Positions 37,773-47,507 of a DNA stretch of 64,000 bases are shown one piece after another. The stretch lies in IMG/VR virus record IMGVR_UViG_3300017971_000212, one strand, 5' to 3'. The notes beneath the pieces were generated by a model, which saw nothing but the letters and a program-made list of their open reading frames with translations, was not told where the DNA came from and ran no database searches. Both the position numbers and the translations under genes were made by a program. Numbering within the stretch: position 1 is the stretch's first letter; each line of letters opens with the position of its first letter. The DNA comes from an uncultured virus (IMG/VR IMGVR_UViG_3300017971_000212) (taxonomy: Duplodnaviria > Heunggongvirae > Uroviricota > Caudoviricetes).

Positions 37773-39245
37773 GTGAGTCTCGCGACGAAATACCGGCCCC
37801 TGCACTACGCCGACGTGCTCGGTCAGGAGGCGACCATCGCCGTCTGTCGGCAATACGTCAAGGAAGGTAAGGGATTCCAGCAGAGTTACGTGTTTGCCGG
37901 GGCGCACGGGGGCGGCAAGACCACCATCGCGCGCATCCTCGGTCGCGCCCTCCTGTGCGAGAATCCCCGGGACGGCGAACCCTGCGACGAGTGCTCTCAG
38001 TGTGCCGCAATGCTCGCGGACAAGTCGGAAAACCTGATCGAGGTCGACGCGGCGACGAACAGCGGCAAGGAGGACATGAAGCGCATCACCGAGGAGGCGC
38101 AGTTCGGGAGCTTCTCGGGACGCCGGAAGATCTACATACTCGACGAGGCGCACGAGCTCAGTCGGCAGGCGATGGACGCCCTCCTCAAGCCGCTCGAGGA
38201 CAATCGACGAGGGACGAGCGAGAAGCAGATCGTCTGCCTCTTCTGCACGACGGAGCCCGAAAAGATGCGCCCGGCGATCCTGAGCCGCTGCGCCCCCCTG
38301 TTCCGCATCCGGGCCAACACGCCCCAGGAGATCGCCGCGCGCCTGAGGCACATCTGCGAGAAGGAGGGGATCGACCACGACCCCGAGGTGCTGCCGCTGA
38401 TCGCGGAGGTGACCGAGTGTCACGTCCGGGATGCCATCCAGGCCGTCGAGGGCGTCTCCATGCTCGGTCGAATCGACCGGGACAACGTGGCCCGCTACCT
38501 GCACCTGGACGCCAACGCCCTGTACCTCGACGTGCTCGAGAACCTGGGATCGGATCTCCCGGCCCTGCTCGCGACCATCGAGAAACTCGACGAGAAGGTC
38601 TCCCCGGCCGTCCGCTACGAGCGCATGGCCGACGTGTGCATGCTGGCCTACCGGCTCGTCAACCTCGGAGAGGCGTCGATCCCCTCCTACTGGGATCGAC
38701 AGCGACTCGAGGCCGTCGGGAAGTTGCACCGGGAGTTTTTGATCGAGTTCGCCCAGCGGTTCGCCCAGCGCCCCGTTCGCTCGACCTCGGCCATGTTCGC
38801 CTGCGACGTCTCGGCGCTGCACCAGCGACGTGCGGGCATCGTCGTTCGAACCGAGCGGTCCGAGGTCGTCGTGCCCTCGCACGCCTCGGTTCGGGCCTCT
38901 CCTACGCCGACGGATCCTCCGGCGCCGACCGAGGCGACCGCGGCCCCTATCGAACCATCACCGAAGCCCGGGTCCCCCACGTCGCCTGGGACCGAGAACC
39001 TCTCCGCGAGCGTTGGTAGTATGAGCGCTGATCCCTACCTCACCGAGACGGGGATCGGCATCAACCCGCTTGCGCAGAACACCCGTCGCGCCCACGAGGC
39101 GCGGCGGCCAAACCCCGAAGAGACCATGCCGGCGATGCCGGCAGACGAGTTCGTGAAAACGCTGAAGCGCCGGGTCATTGAGCTGTTGGAGGAGCAGTCA
39201 TCCAGTGGCAGACCGGCGCGACGAAACGACCTGGGTAGCCCTTGA
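37773..39245 (+). CDS. dnaX: DNA polymerase III gamma/tau subunit
   Basis: LATKYRP, GAHGGGKTTIARI, PCDECSQC, EVDAA, ILDEAH, LLKPLE and ILSRC. Confidence 0.92.
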   Translation: MSLATKYRPLHYADVLGQEATIAVCRQYVKEGKGFQQSYVFAGAHGGGKTTIARILGRALLCENPRDGEPCDECSQCAAMLADKSENLIEVDAATNSGKEDMKRITEEAQFGSFSGRRKIYILDEAHELSRQAMDALLKPLEDNRRGTSEKQIVCLFCTTEPEKMRPAILSRCAPLFRIRANTPQEIAARLRHICEKEGIDHDPEVLPLIAEVTECHVRDAIQAVEGVSMLGRIDRDNVARYLHLDANALYLDVLENLGSDLPALLATIEKLDEKVSPAVRYERMADVCMLAYRLVNLGEASIPSYWDRQRLEAVGKLHREFLIEFAQRFAQRPVRSTSAMFACDVSALHQRRAGIVVRTERSEVVVPSHASVRASPTPTDPPAPTEATAAPIEPSPKPGSPTSPGTENLSASVGSMSADPYLTETGIGINPLAQNTRRAHEARRPNPEETMPAMPADEFVKTLKRRVIELLEEQSSSGRPARRNDLGSP

Positions 39246-39735
39246 GCTCACGCACCACGGTGAGAAGCTAGTCGACGACGGAGTCCTCGCGGACGAGCTG
39301 CGCGCCGAACTCGACGTCGGGCCCGAGTGGCCGGTCTTCATTCCGGCTCGGGCCTTCGAGAAGAAGGGGCGACGAATCACCGTCCATCTCCTTGAGGGGT
39401 ACGCGTTCGTCGCCACCGGACTGGACGAGGTCTGTTACTTTCGGCTCGAGCAGACCAAGCTCGTCAGCCAGGTCCTGGCCTCGCGCGGGCCGCGCGGCCT
39501 GCGGGTCTTGTCGGTGATCTCGGACGACAAAGTGGCCGAACTTCGGAGGCAGCTGAACGAGGAAGTGGCCTCCGACATCGTCCCCGGCATGGAGGTGCTC
39601 GTGACGGACGGGACATACTGCAAATTGACGGGTACAGTCATGGACACGGAGGGCGATCACGCGGTCGTCCGCTTTGAGCTGCGTTCCCTGAGGATCCTGT
39701 CGAAGATCCCCAAGGTGTTCTTGGACACCGCGTGA
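39205..39735 (+). CDS. nusG: NusG/RfaH-family transcription elongation factor
   Basis: NGN-like LLEGYAFV and KOW PGMEVLVTDGTYCKLTGTV. Confidence 0.75.
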   Translation: MADRRDETTWVALELTHHGEKLVDDGVLADELRAELDVGPEWPVFIPARAFEKKGRRITVHLLEGYAFVATGLDEVCYFRLEQTKLVSQVLASRGPRGLRVLSVISDDKVAELRRQLNEEVASDIVPGMEVLVTDGTYCKLTGTVMDTEGDHAVVRFELRSLRILSKIPKVFLDTA

Positions 39736-39739
39736 CACG

Positions 39740-40351
39740 ATGACATCGAGCTGGGCGGATTGCAGGACGGTCGACCCCTCCGAGCTGGAGAGCCGGGTCA
39801 GCACCGAGGACAACATCGAGTTCCTCGAGCAGATCCTCTCCGAGGAGCCGAGCGAGGAGTCGCAGCGCAACCTCGAGCGCGTGCGGGAGATCATGGAGGA
39901 GCTGCCGCCCCGCGAGGCCGACTTCGTCGACCTCTACTTCTTCTCCCACAAGACGCAGACCGACATCGCGGAGATCTTCAAGGTCTCGCAGCCCACCGTC
40001 TGCTACCGGCTCCAGCGCGCGACGGCCCGGATCCGGTTCGTGCTCGGGCTCCCCGACGTTTCCGAGGAGGAGATGCTCACCGCCCTGCGCGGTTTCCTCT
40101 CCGACAACGAGGACGTTCAGATCATGCGGCTGATGTACGAGACCACGTGTCAGTCGGCCGTCGCCAAGCGCCTCGGCGTGACCCAAGGAAAGGTCCGGCA
40201 TCGTTTCATGCGTTCCACGAAGCGGATGCTCGATCATCCTGGCATGCACAAGCTCGCGAAGATCTTCGCGAGCATCGCGGAAAACCTGAACATCCTGCAC
40301 GAGGTGGACAGGCCCTCCTGGGACGAGAAGATCAGCTACGTCCTGGATTAG
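39740..40351 (+). CDS. protein with two tandem sigma70 region-4 HTH domains
   Basis: LPPREADFVDLYFFSHKTQTDIAEIFKVSQPTV and CQSAVAKRLGVTQGKVRHRF. Confidence 0.75.
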   Translation: MTSSWADCRTVDPSELESRVSTEDNIEFLEQILSEEPSEESQRNLERVREIMEELPPREADFVDLYFFSHKTQTDIAEIFKVSQPTVCYRLQRATARIRFVLGLPDVSEEEMLTALRGFLSDNEDVQIMRLMYETTCQSAVAKRLGVTQGKVRHRFMRSTKRMLDHPGMHKLAKIFASIAENLNILHEVDRPSWDEKISYVLD

Positions 40352-40355
40352 GGCC

Positions 40356-40369
40356 GGTTTTCCTCCTAT
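40356..40369 (+). promoter_or_regulatory. putative late promoter
   Basis: GGTTTTCCTCCTAT at the boundary between the replication and structural clusters. Confidence 0.6.
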
Positions 40370-40396
40370 CCGAGGTCCCCGGTTAGGAGGCCAGCC

Positions 40397-41161
40397 ATGT
40401 CCCGTTTCGGCAAAATCAGCACGGTCGTCATGCTCGCGCTGCCCCTCGTCGTGGGAGGTTGCAGACCCAACAGGAAGACGGCGACTCCCGAGGACTACTA
40501 TCCCCTCATCCAGGTCGCCTTCGAGGCCGGCGCGGTGGGTGCCATGATCGCGCGCAACGAGGCCATCGAGAAGAAGAATTTCGCGGCCTGCGTCGCCGCC
40601 GACGTGCTCGCGGACGCGTTCGACAGCGCCGGAGACGCCCTCCAGGCGCGCATCTCCGACAAGATCGAGATCCCGGCCTTCGAGATGGACCTGACCGACT
40701 GTCTCGCCCTGCGTCCCGCGACCGATGAGGGGGACGAGAGCGCCCGCCTTGCGGGTCCCGTCGTCCTGATGACCATGGGCCCGGCCGAGGAGGAGAAGCC
40801 GACCGAGGAAGCGGCCCCGGCCGAGGAGGAGAAGCCGACCGAGGAAGCGGCCCCGGCCGAGGAGGAGAAGCCGACCGAAGAGGCCGCGGCGGAGACTCCG
40901 GCCGAGGAGGTGGACGCCACGCTCGACAAGGGCAACCCGGACGCCGCCGTGCTCGTCGAGGCGATAGCAGGTATCACCCTGACCGCGGCCCTGTACTACG
41001 CGAACAAGCTCAAGACAGCGAACTGCAAGAAGGGGGTCGCGGCGCTCGCGGCCATCCACTACGTCAACGGCATGATCAAGCCGATCGCGGACGAGATCGC
41101 GGAACCCGACGGAAAGGTGTCGGTCCCGGCGGTCACCATCGACTTCTCGGAGTGCAAGTGA
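40397..41161 (+). CDS. putative lipoprotein
   Basis: Signal peptide with lipobox-like VGGC; AGGAGG RBS; PAEEEKPTEEAA x3. Confidence 0.7.
   Translation: MSRFGKISTVVMLALPLVVGGCRPNRKTATPEDYYPLIQVAFEAGAVGAMIARNEAIEKKNFAACVAADVLADAFDSAGDALQARISDKIEIPAFEMDLTDCLALRPATDEGDESARLAGPVVLMTMGPAEEEKPTEEAAPAEEEKPTEEAAPAEEEKPTEEAAAETPAEEVDATLDKGNPDAAVLVEAIAGITLTAALYYANKLKTANCKKGVAALAAIHYVNGMIKPIADEIAEPDGKVSVPAVTIDFSECK
40781..40888 (+). repeat. 3 x 36-bp coding tandem repeat
   Basis: CCGGCCGAGGAGGAGAAGCCGACCGAGGAAGCGGCC units start at 40781, 40817 and 40853. Confidence 0.9.
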
Positions 41162-41193
41162 GGAGCTGACGCGACGGCCACGCGAGGAGGCAC

Positions 41194-41499
41194 ATGACCG
41201 ATAGACCCTCAGCACGTCGAATCGTGATGTCCAAATCGGTGGCCCGGCAGTGGCTCATCAAGCAGGCCCGCCCCGAGTACCGCATCAAGGTGTTCAACCC
41301 CAACGCCCGAGACTACCCGTCCGTCCTGCGCGCTTTCCGGGACGAGAGGCTGAGGATGGCCGGGGTGTCGCCCCTCCCCGACCTCGGCGTGAGGGAGGAC
41401 TTCGGCGGCTTCTACGTCTGGTCGTCCGACCGAGAGGCCCTCGCCACCCTCCAGGGGTGGTTCGAGAAGCGCGGCCTGGAGACCTCCTGGATCTGGTGA
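41194..41499 (+). CDS. hypothetical protein
   Basis: GAGGAGG RBS; tag-like SVARQWL followed by KQA. Confidence 0.65.
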   Translation: MTDRPSARRIVMSKSVARQWLIKQARPEYRIKVFNPNARDYPSVLRAFRDERLRMAGVSPLPDLGVREDFGGFYVWSSDREALATLQGWFEKRGLETSWIW

Positions 41500-41500
41500 G

Positions 41501-41944
41501 ATGGCCGCCGTTCGCACTCGCCTCCAGAGCTGCTTCGTCTACAACGTGCGGATCGATGATCCGTGCAACCCGTCGTGGCAGTTCACCATCATCGTCAACC
41601 AGGACGGCACGTACGGAGTCGAGAACATCCGCTCACCGAACGGGAGCATCTGCGACCCCAACACCCAGCTCCCGGCGGAGGTCCTCGACGAGATCAACGC
41701 CGCCAAGGGAGACGTGGAGAACATCTTGGCACAGACGAGCGCAGTCAACGGAACCCTGACCTTCACGGCCCAGACCAGTCAGTCGATAGTGTTCGCCACG
41801 CCGTTCGCGAACACGCAGTACAGGGTCTACGTGTCGCTGCCGGACTTCGTCGACTGGAAGATCACCAACAAGACCGTCACCGGCTTCGACCTGGAGATCA
41901 ATACCACCTACACCGGGACGGTCGGCTACGACGTGTTCGTCTAG
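41501..41944 (+). CDS. putative structural (appendage) protein
   Basis: Beta-rich C-terminus (IVFATPFANTQYRV..KTVTGFD) similar to the C-terminus of 42042-43649. Confidence 0.6.
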   Translation: MAAVRTRLQSCFVYNVRIDDPCNPSWQFTIIVNQDGTYGVENIRSPNGSICDPNTQLPAEVLDEINAAKGDVENILAQTSAVNGTLTFTAQTSQSIVFATPFANTQYRVYVSLPDFVDWKITNKTVTGFDLEINTTYTGTVGYDVFV

Positions 41945-41952
41945 GAGGAAGC

Positions 41953-42021
41953 ATGTCTCGTGCCGACGAGAAGGACATGGTGAGCCACGACCCGCCCGAG
42001 GTGCGGCTCTGGTGGGACTAG
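41953..42021 (+). CDS. possible 22-aa peptide
   Basis: AGGAGG RBS and ATG; MSRADEKDMVSHDPPEVRLWWD. Confidence 0.3.
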   Translation: MSRADEKDMVSHDPPEVRLWWD

Positions 42022-42041
42022 AAGCCTGAGAGGAACCTGAT

Positions 42042-43649
42042 ATGGCCGTTCAACCCCCATTCAGAAGCGACGTCTACGAGGTCGAGAACGCCGATGCGCC
42101 GGTCGGTCCACGACTGATCGAGGCCGACGAGAACGACGGCTCGCTCCGTTTCACCGATCCGAGGATCCCCGGGGGCATCGACCTATTCGAGCTCGCCGGA
42201 CTCCAGCAGGCGAACAATACCATTGTCGTCTCGCCCACGGGGGCGGCGGCGAGCAAGGACGCGAACGGCGACTCCATCACCACGGTCCAGGCCGGACTCG
42301 ATGCCGTACCCACCTCGGCCGACGTGAACGACCCTTGGACGGTTCTCCTGGCCCCCGGCATCTACGCCGAGGACGTGCTCTTCATCCGCGACGGGACGGT
42401 TCTGCGAGGACTCGGCAACGTCACGCTCCGATCCGCGGGCGCGTTCAGCACCGTCCGCATCGGCGCGGGACCGGCCAGCGTCCCCCGTCGGATCAGGCTC
42501 CAGGATCTCAGGATCGAGAACTCCGTGGCGTCCGAGGCGTGCGTGGACATCGGCAGCGCGACGTTCGCCACGGGGACTTTCACGGTGGCCTCGGTTCCGA
42601 ACGTGGGCGACCAGGTGACCGTGGACGTGACGACGCTGACGGCCATCGCCAACGGCGGTGTCCCGGCCCCCGGCGAGTTCGAGCTCGGAACGGACGCGGC
42701 CTCGACCGCCACGAACTTGGCCGACGCCATCAACGACCCCGTCAACGGGCTGAACGCCATCGTGGTGGCGACCGTGGTCGGGACCGTCGTCACCGTCCGG
42801 GCCCTGAATCCGGGCGTCGCGGGCAACCTCGTCGCCATCGCCTCGAGCGTCCCCCTGGTCCTCGTGCCCTCCGGCGCCACCCTCGCGGGCGGCGCGGACG
42901 CCAGTGCCGGCTCGACGGTCGGAAACGACCTTATCGAGATCGTCGACTGCGACCTCGTGGCTACCGGCGTCAACGGCTTCCAGATCCGGGCCGTCTCGAT
43001 CAACAACGTCTCCGTGAGGGGCGGCGACTGGAGTGGCGGCGTCACCACGAGCTCGGTGTGGGTCTCCGAGTGCGCCTCCTTCAGCCTGGTAGACCAGCAG
43101 GCCCTGTTCGGCGTCACCACGAACTACAACTCGGCCGCACCTAACATCCCGAGCATCGCGACCTCGGCCTACAGCCTCCAGCGGGTTCGCAGCGGCTACG
43201 CCTTCGCCTCGAACCTGGCCGGAGCGGGCAGCGTCACCATGCAGGACGTGACGTTCCTCGGGGCCGTCGGCTACACTGGAGACGCGGCCCTGCGTACGTT
43301 CGAGGCCACCCGGTGCCGATTCGGTCCCCTGACGCTCGGGGGGACCGGGACCGTCACCCTGAGCAACTCCACCCGCGGAGGTCTGGTCGCGGCCGGGACC
43401 GGCACCCTAGCCGAGACCTCCGCGCAGGGGAGCGCGGCATTCGTCGCCGTCCCGGTGGTCACGGTGCCCTTCGTGGAACCCCAGCCCGACACCGCTTACA
43501 CGGTGGCGCTCGAGTGGGACGGGCCGCCGGCCGCGATCACCGACGTTCCCTCGGTTCCGGCGTCGTCGAAGCTGACGAGCGGCTTCGACATCGCCTTCGG
43601 AGCGGCTCAGACCATGACCGTACACTACGTGATCAGGCGGGACGTCTAG
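42042..43649 (+). CDS. putative tail fibre/spike protein with beta-helix-like region
   Basis: TTVQAGLDA..VLLAPGIYAEDV is a typical beta-helix cap; A/G/V/T-rich. Confidence 0.6.
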   Translation: MAVQPPFRSDVYEVENADAPVGPRLIEADENDGSLRFTDPRIPGGIDLFELAGLQQANNTIVVSPTGAAASKDANGDSITTVQAGLDAVPTSADVNDPWTVLLAPGIYAEDVLFIRDGTVLRGLGNVTLRSAGAFSTVRIGAGPASVPRRIRLQDLRIENSVASEACVDIGSATFATGTFTVASVPNVGDQVTVDVTTLTAIANGGVPAPGEFELGTDAASTATNLADAINDPVNGLNAIVVATVVGTVVTVRALNPGVAGNLVAIASSVPLVLVPSGATLAGGADASAGSTVGNDLIEIVDCDLVATGVNGFQIRAVSINNVSVRGGDWSGGVTTSSVWVSECASFSLVDQQALFGVTTNYNSAAPNIPSIATSAYSLQRVRSGYAFASNLAGAGSVTMQDVTFLGAVGYTGDAALRTFEATRCRFGPLTLGGTGTVTLSNSTRGGLVAAGTGTLAETSAQGSAAFVAVPVVTVPFVEPQPDTAYTVALEWDGPPAAITDVPSVPASSKLTSGFDIAFGAAQTMTVHYVIRRDV

Positions 43650-43659
43650 GAGGAGAGCC

Positions 43660-44226
43660 ATGGCAGACGACGACTTCTGGACCGAGTTGACGCAGGGGCC
43701 TCAGACCCGAACGGCCTCGTCGCTCGACGCCCACCTCCAGGGGCGTGACGCGGGGGACTCGGGACTCCGGGTGCTCACCGACAAGGGACGCGCCGAGGCG
43801 GCCCTCCCGACGCCCGCGGAGGCAGGGACGAGGGTCCAGTTCGTCACCAATATCGGCAGCGTCCTCACCTACCCGAATCCTCCGCTCCCGGAGGCCGAGG
43901 GCACCGTCGTCATGGTGCGGACCGCGGAGGGAGACCAGACCGGCCTGGACGAGATGGTCTTCGTGAAGTTCGACGACGGCAAGTTCCTCGCCGTCCACGC
44001 GGAGCACCTCAGGAGGGCATCGAGCGGCTCCAAGGTCGCGACGAGCTTCGCTCGCCGCGTGGGCTGCCTGGGTGATCTGAGCGGATTCCTGCGATGGGGT
44101 CAGGAGGAGGACAACGAGCTCGTGCACAGGGCCACGAGGGACCTCTGGTCCTACCAGCAGACCGAGGACGGAGACTTCGTGATCGCTCGTCTGTTCGACG
44201 ACACCGGAGAGCCGCTTCGGGTGTGA
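43660..44226 (+). CDS. hypothetical virion-associated protein
   Basis: AGGAG RBS; SH3-like middle; RTAS and KVA junctions. Confidence 0.65.
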   Translation: MADDDFWTELTQGPQTRTASSLDAHLQGRDAGDSGLRVLTDKGRAEAALPTPAEAGTRVQFVTNIGSVLTYPNPPLPEAEGTVVMVRTAEGDQTGLDEMVFVKFDDGKFLAVHAEHLRRASSGSKVATSFARRVGCLGDLSGFLRWGQEEDNELVHRATRDLWSYQQTEDGDFVIARLFDDTGEPLRV

Positions 44227-44278
44227 TGCCATCGTCTCGCGGTCTTTGCGCCACGCCTCGAACGAGCCGTGGATTGGT

Positions 44279-44292
44279 GGTTTTCCCTTTAT
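44279..44292 (+). promoter_or_regulatory. putative late promoter
   Basis: GGTTTTCCCTTTAT upstream of GTG 44320. Confidence 0.55.
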
Positions 44293-44319
44293 AGGCCCCC
44301 GTTGGCAGGAACTTTCGTC

Positions 44320-45261
44320 GTGCCCACTCCCGACCCGAAGAGAGTCGCCGCGGCCTACCGCCAGGACCTCGTGAAGACCGCCGGCGAGGTCATTTTCAAG
44401 AAGGACCGAAGCGGCGACGTGGGCTCGTGGGCCTACACGGACGTCGCGCCGAGTCGTCGCGAGATCCCGGCCGACTTCAACTACTCCCCGAAGAACCGCA
44501 AGTCGCTCGCGAAGATCCTGCGAGGGACGCTCGCGGGCCTCGGGCACGTGCTCGCCGCCTACACGCAGTTCGCGAAGCTGAAGTCCGCTCGCCTGAGCCC
44601 CGACGGGAGCCTCGGCGGCCGCGGCTACATCCAGAACATCGCGGACATGCGCAAGCAGTACATGAACTGCGTCGAGGCCCTGTCGGCCCTGAGCGACACG
44701 GTCTACGACGAGCTCCACGCCCCGCACTGGGCCGTCGTCTCTCGCCAGGAGGACGACGGGGAGAAGGCGGAGGTCTCCGCCATCATCGACGACGCCGAGA
44801 CCATCCGTCGGGACCCGCAGGAGTGGGCCGAGGAGGTGGAGGCCGACGAGGCGATGCAGGGGAAGCGGAGGGGTCCTCGACCGCAGGTGCCGAAGATACG
44901 GGTGCCCGAGATGGAGCCTCACGAGATGCAGGAACGGGGAAGGGGACAGCCACCCGACCTGTTCGATGCCCAGAACCTGGTCCCGGCCACCATGGGCAAG
45001 GTGGCCTCTCTCGAGGAGAGCGTGCGACGAGTCGCCTACGGCTGGATCGCGGGAGAGTACAGGGATCGCATCCCGGGCGGACTGGCCGACGAGAAGCGGC
45101 CGTCCGACTTCGATCCCGTCCAGCTCGAGAAGGGAATCAAGGTCGAGCGCGAACATGCCGGGAAGGACACGGCCCTAGCCCGGGAGATCGCGATGGATCA
45201 TCTCACCGAGGACCCCGACTATTACCGGAAGCTCGAGAAGATAGAGGAGGGAGCTCACTGA
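44320..45261 (+). CDS. modular protein with C-terminal DUF5661-like domain
   Basis: QLEKGIKVEREH..AREIAMDHLTEDPDYYRKL; tags KRVAAAY and RRVAYGW; KTA and KVA junctions. Confidence 0.7.
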   Translation: MPTPDPKRVAAAYRQDLVKTAGEVIFKKDRSGDVGSWAYTDVAPSRREIPADFNYSPKNRKSLAKILRGTLAGLGHVLAAYTQFAKLKSARLSPDGSLGGRGYIQNIADMRKQYMNCVEALSALSDTVYDELHAPHWAVVSRQEDDGEKAEVSAIIDDAETIRRDPQEWAEEVEADEAMQGKRRGPRPQVPKIRVPEMEPHEMQERGRGQPPDLFDAQNLVPATMGKVASLEESVRRVAYGWIAGEYRDRIPGGLADEKRPSDFDPVQLEKGIKVEREHAGKDTALAREIAMDHLTEDPDYYRKLEKIEEGAH

Positions 45262-47507
45262 TGGGTTCCAAGAAGGCCAATTCCACCCTCCCGAGCGAGC
45301 TCAACGAGGACTGGGGCTCGAACTACATGATGGACGGCTTCTGGCACGACATGGAGTACGAGCACGGACTCCGCGAGAACCCGGCGCGTGACCCGGTGCC
45401 GCAACCTTCGACCTCGGGTTTCGCCCAGCTGCCGGGAGCGCTGATCGTGGGCGACGAGGAGACGGAGCCTCCTCAGGAGGTCGAGCAGGAGGCGCTCATC
45501 GACCTCGAGGCCCTGGGCATCGTCGCCTCGGTCGATCCCGACGTCGACCGCAGCGACGTGGGCGTCGTCGACTTCTCGTGGATCGGAGAGGCGCGTCAGG
45601 ACCTCGACCGCCTGCCGAATCAGCCGGTCGACAACGGCATCCCAGAACTGCAGGAGGCGTGGGGGGACCGCACGGACGGCATCCATCGGATCGACCTGTA
45701 CGACCGGGACGAGACTCACTACGAGGACGCGGACCAGCGGAAGGAGGACGACGACCGCCTCAATCGCGAGAAGCTCGCGGGCCTCGTCGGCGCCGCCATG
45801 AGGCGCTCGGCGGCCGGAGATCCGCTGCAATCCATCAAGGCGGACCTCGCGGCCCACGTCGACTCCGAGGACGTGCCGAAGATCGTCCGAGCGGTTCGCG
45901 CCGTCGAGGCAGAGCACGGGCTTGTCGGCAACGTTTACGTCCGGGCCTCGGCGTACCCCGGTCTCCACAAGGGACGGCACCGGGAGGCGATGCAGCGAGC
46001 CGCCAAGGGGGCTCGGTACCTCGTGGCGCACGAGGGCTGCGACTGCACCGACTGTGCCTGTGCCCTGGGCCTGCGCGTCGTGGATCATGCGAATGAGATC
46101 GACTGGAACGACGCCTACGAGCACTACGCGCCTCAGCTCGAGGCGACGGGACGTCTTGATAGGATGGCGACCATCATGGACAAGCGCGAGTCGCTCCGCA
46201 GGGCCTTCTTGGCCCACGAGGTCGCGCCTCGCCTCGCCGTCGAGAGCACCAAGGTGCGGCCCACGATGCCGGCCGACCGCGTGTCCTCCGAGGAGGCTCG
46301 CGCCGCCCTGGCGGCGCTGAAGACTGGCGAGCGCGAGACGTTGACGAACGAGGCGAGGGAGCACGCGGTCGTGATCCGGAACCTCGGGGTCAGGCTCGGA
46401 GCACTCGTCAAGGCCAGCCTCATCACGCAGGAGGAGGCGGACAGGCTGTTCAAGTCGGAGGCTCCCGCAGAGATGCGTCTCCGCATGGCCCACCTGCTCG
46501 CCGCGCGGACGAAGCGGGCGAGTTACTCGGGAGCGAGCCTCCAGGACGCTCGAGTCAGGATCTCCGCCGAGCAGTTCGCCCGGGCGGCGGCGGACGCGTC
46601 GCGACACGAGCACATGGCCCGGACGGCGTCTGCCGCCGAGGGGGCCGAGCGCCTGCGCCTTCTCGAGGGGTTCAGGCGCGTCGAGGCCCGCTACGAGCAG
46701 GCGCGGAGGAAGTTCGCCCAGGTGCTCGAGGCCGTCGAGAAGGGAGACGTCAAGGGCGCGGCCCTGCGGAAGATGGTCGACGGCCTTTTCGACGGGCTAG
46801 AGCGCAGGATGGTCGCATTCGAGCTCGACCCCGTGCTCGCGAGGAACGGCTACTACGAGCAGTCCGAGGCTCCTCGGGACTACCAGGACGCGGCGGTCCG
46901 CGAGGCGGTGCCGGCGAGACACGAGCCCGTAGTCTCCGCTGGGGAGGTCTCGGGGGCGGTGCGCTGGACGCGGCGGCAGATGAGCGAGGGCGCGGCGGGG
47001 CGCGAGCTCGACCGCCTCCTTCGGGCAAGGTTCGAGCCGCGCGTGATGAAGGCCGCGAGCGAGAAGATTGCCGCCGCCAGACGCGAGCACGAGGGGTTGT
47101 CGGGTCACCTCTACGCCGATGCGGGCGCGTACGCGACGAGGAAGACGGCCAAGGGCTGCGAGGAGGGTGGACTGCGCCATCGGGCCAACGGGCTGAAGTA
47201 CGTCCTGGCGATGCCCCGCTGCGAGGGGTGCGTCTTCAAGAACGCCGACGGCGTCTGCCAGAAGTACAACAAGGTCCTGGCCGACGAGTTCTCCGGCGAC
47301 GACGTCGAGCAGCTTCGGCGCCGCACGATCGCGTCGCACGAGATGACCGACCAGGAGCAGACGGCGGCGATGTTCGCGGTCGGGACTCAGGCGGCCGACG
47401 AGGCCACCCGGTTCGGCCTCCACAACGCCATGCTCGACGACGTGGAGACCGAGGAACCCGAGCACGGGCTCCTCGACGGGATCTTCTTCGGAGGCTTCGA
47501 GATATGA
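45261..47507 (+). CDS. large hypothetical (probably head/core) protein
   Basis: 748-aa ORF from ATG 45261; internal duplication (AEHGLVGNVYVRASAY and REHEGLSGHLYADAGAY), each followed by a Cys cluster. Confidence 0.7.
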   Translation: MGSKKANSTLPSELNEDWGSNYMMDGFWHDMEYEHGLRENPARDPVPQPSTSGFAQLPGALIVGDEETEPPQEVEQEALIDLEALGIVASVDPDVDRSDVGVVDFSWIGEARQDLDRLPNQPVDNGIPELQEAWGDRTDGIHRIDLYDRDETHYEDADQRKEDDDRLNREKLAGLVGAAMRRSAAGDPLQSIKADLAAHVDSEDVPKIVRAVRAVEAEHGLVGNVYVRASAYPGLHKGRHREAMQRAAKGARYLVAHEGCDCTDCACALGLRVVDHANEIDWNDAYEHYAPQLEATGRLDRMATIMDKRESLRRAFLAHEVAPRLAVESTKVRPTMPADRVSSEEARAALAALKTGERETLTNEAREHAVVIRNLGVRLGALVKASLITQEEADRLFKSEAPAEMRLRMAHLLAARTKRASYSGASLQDARVRISAEQFARAAADASRHEHMARTASAAEGAERLRLLEGFRRVEARYEQARRKFAQVLEAVEKGDVKGAALRKMVDGLFDGLERRMVAFELDPVLARNGYYEQSEAPRDYQDAAVREAVPARHEPVVSAGEVSGAVRWTRRQMSEGAAGRELDRLLRARFEPRVMKAASEKIAAARREHEGLSGHLYADAGAYATRKTAKGCEEGGLRHRANGLKYVLAMPRCEGCVFKNADGVCQKYNKVLADEFSGDDVEQLRRRTIASHEMTDQEQTAAMFAVGTQAADEATRFGLHNAMLDDVETEEPEHGLLDGIFFGGFEI

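Noticed and set aside
44427..45260. N-terminal extension of the 1026-aa ORF, and similar extensions at 14306, 24664, 28625, 31650, 33063, 34402, 35812 and 47228
   Set aside because: They overlap real upstream genes with low-complexity Arg/Gly/Pro text; downstream starts with an RBS or stop-start overlap fit better.
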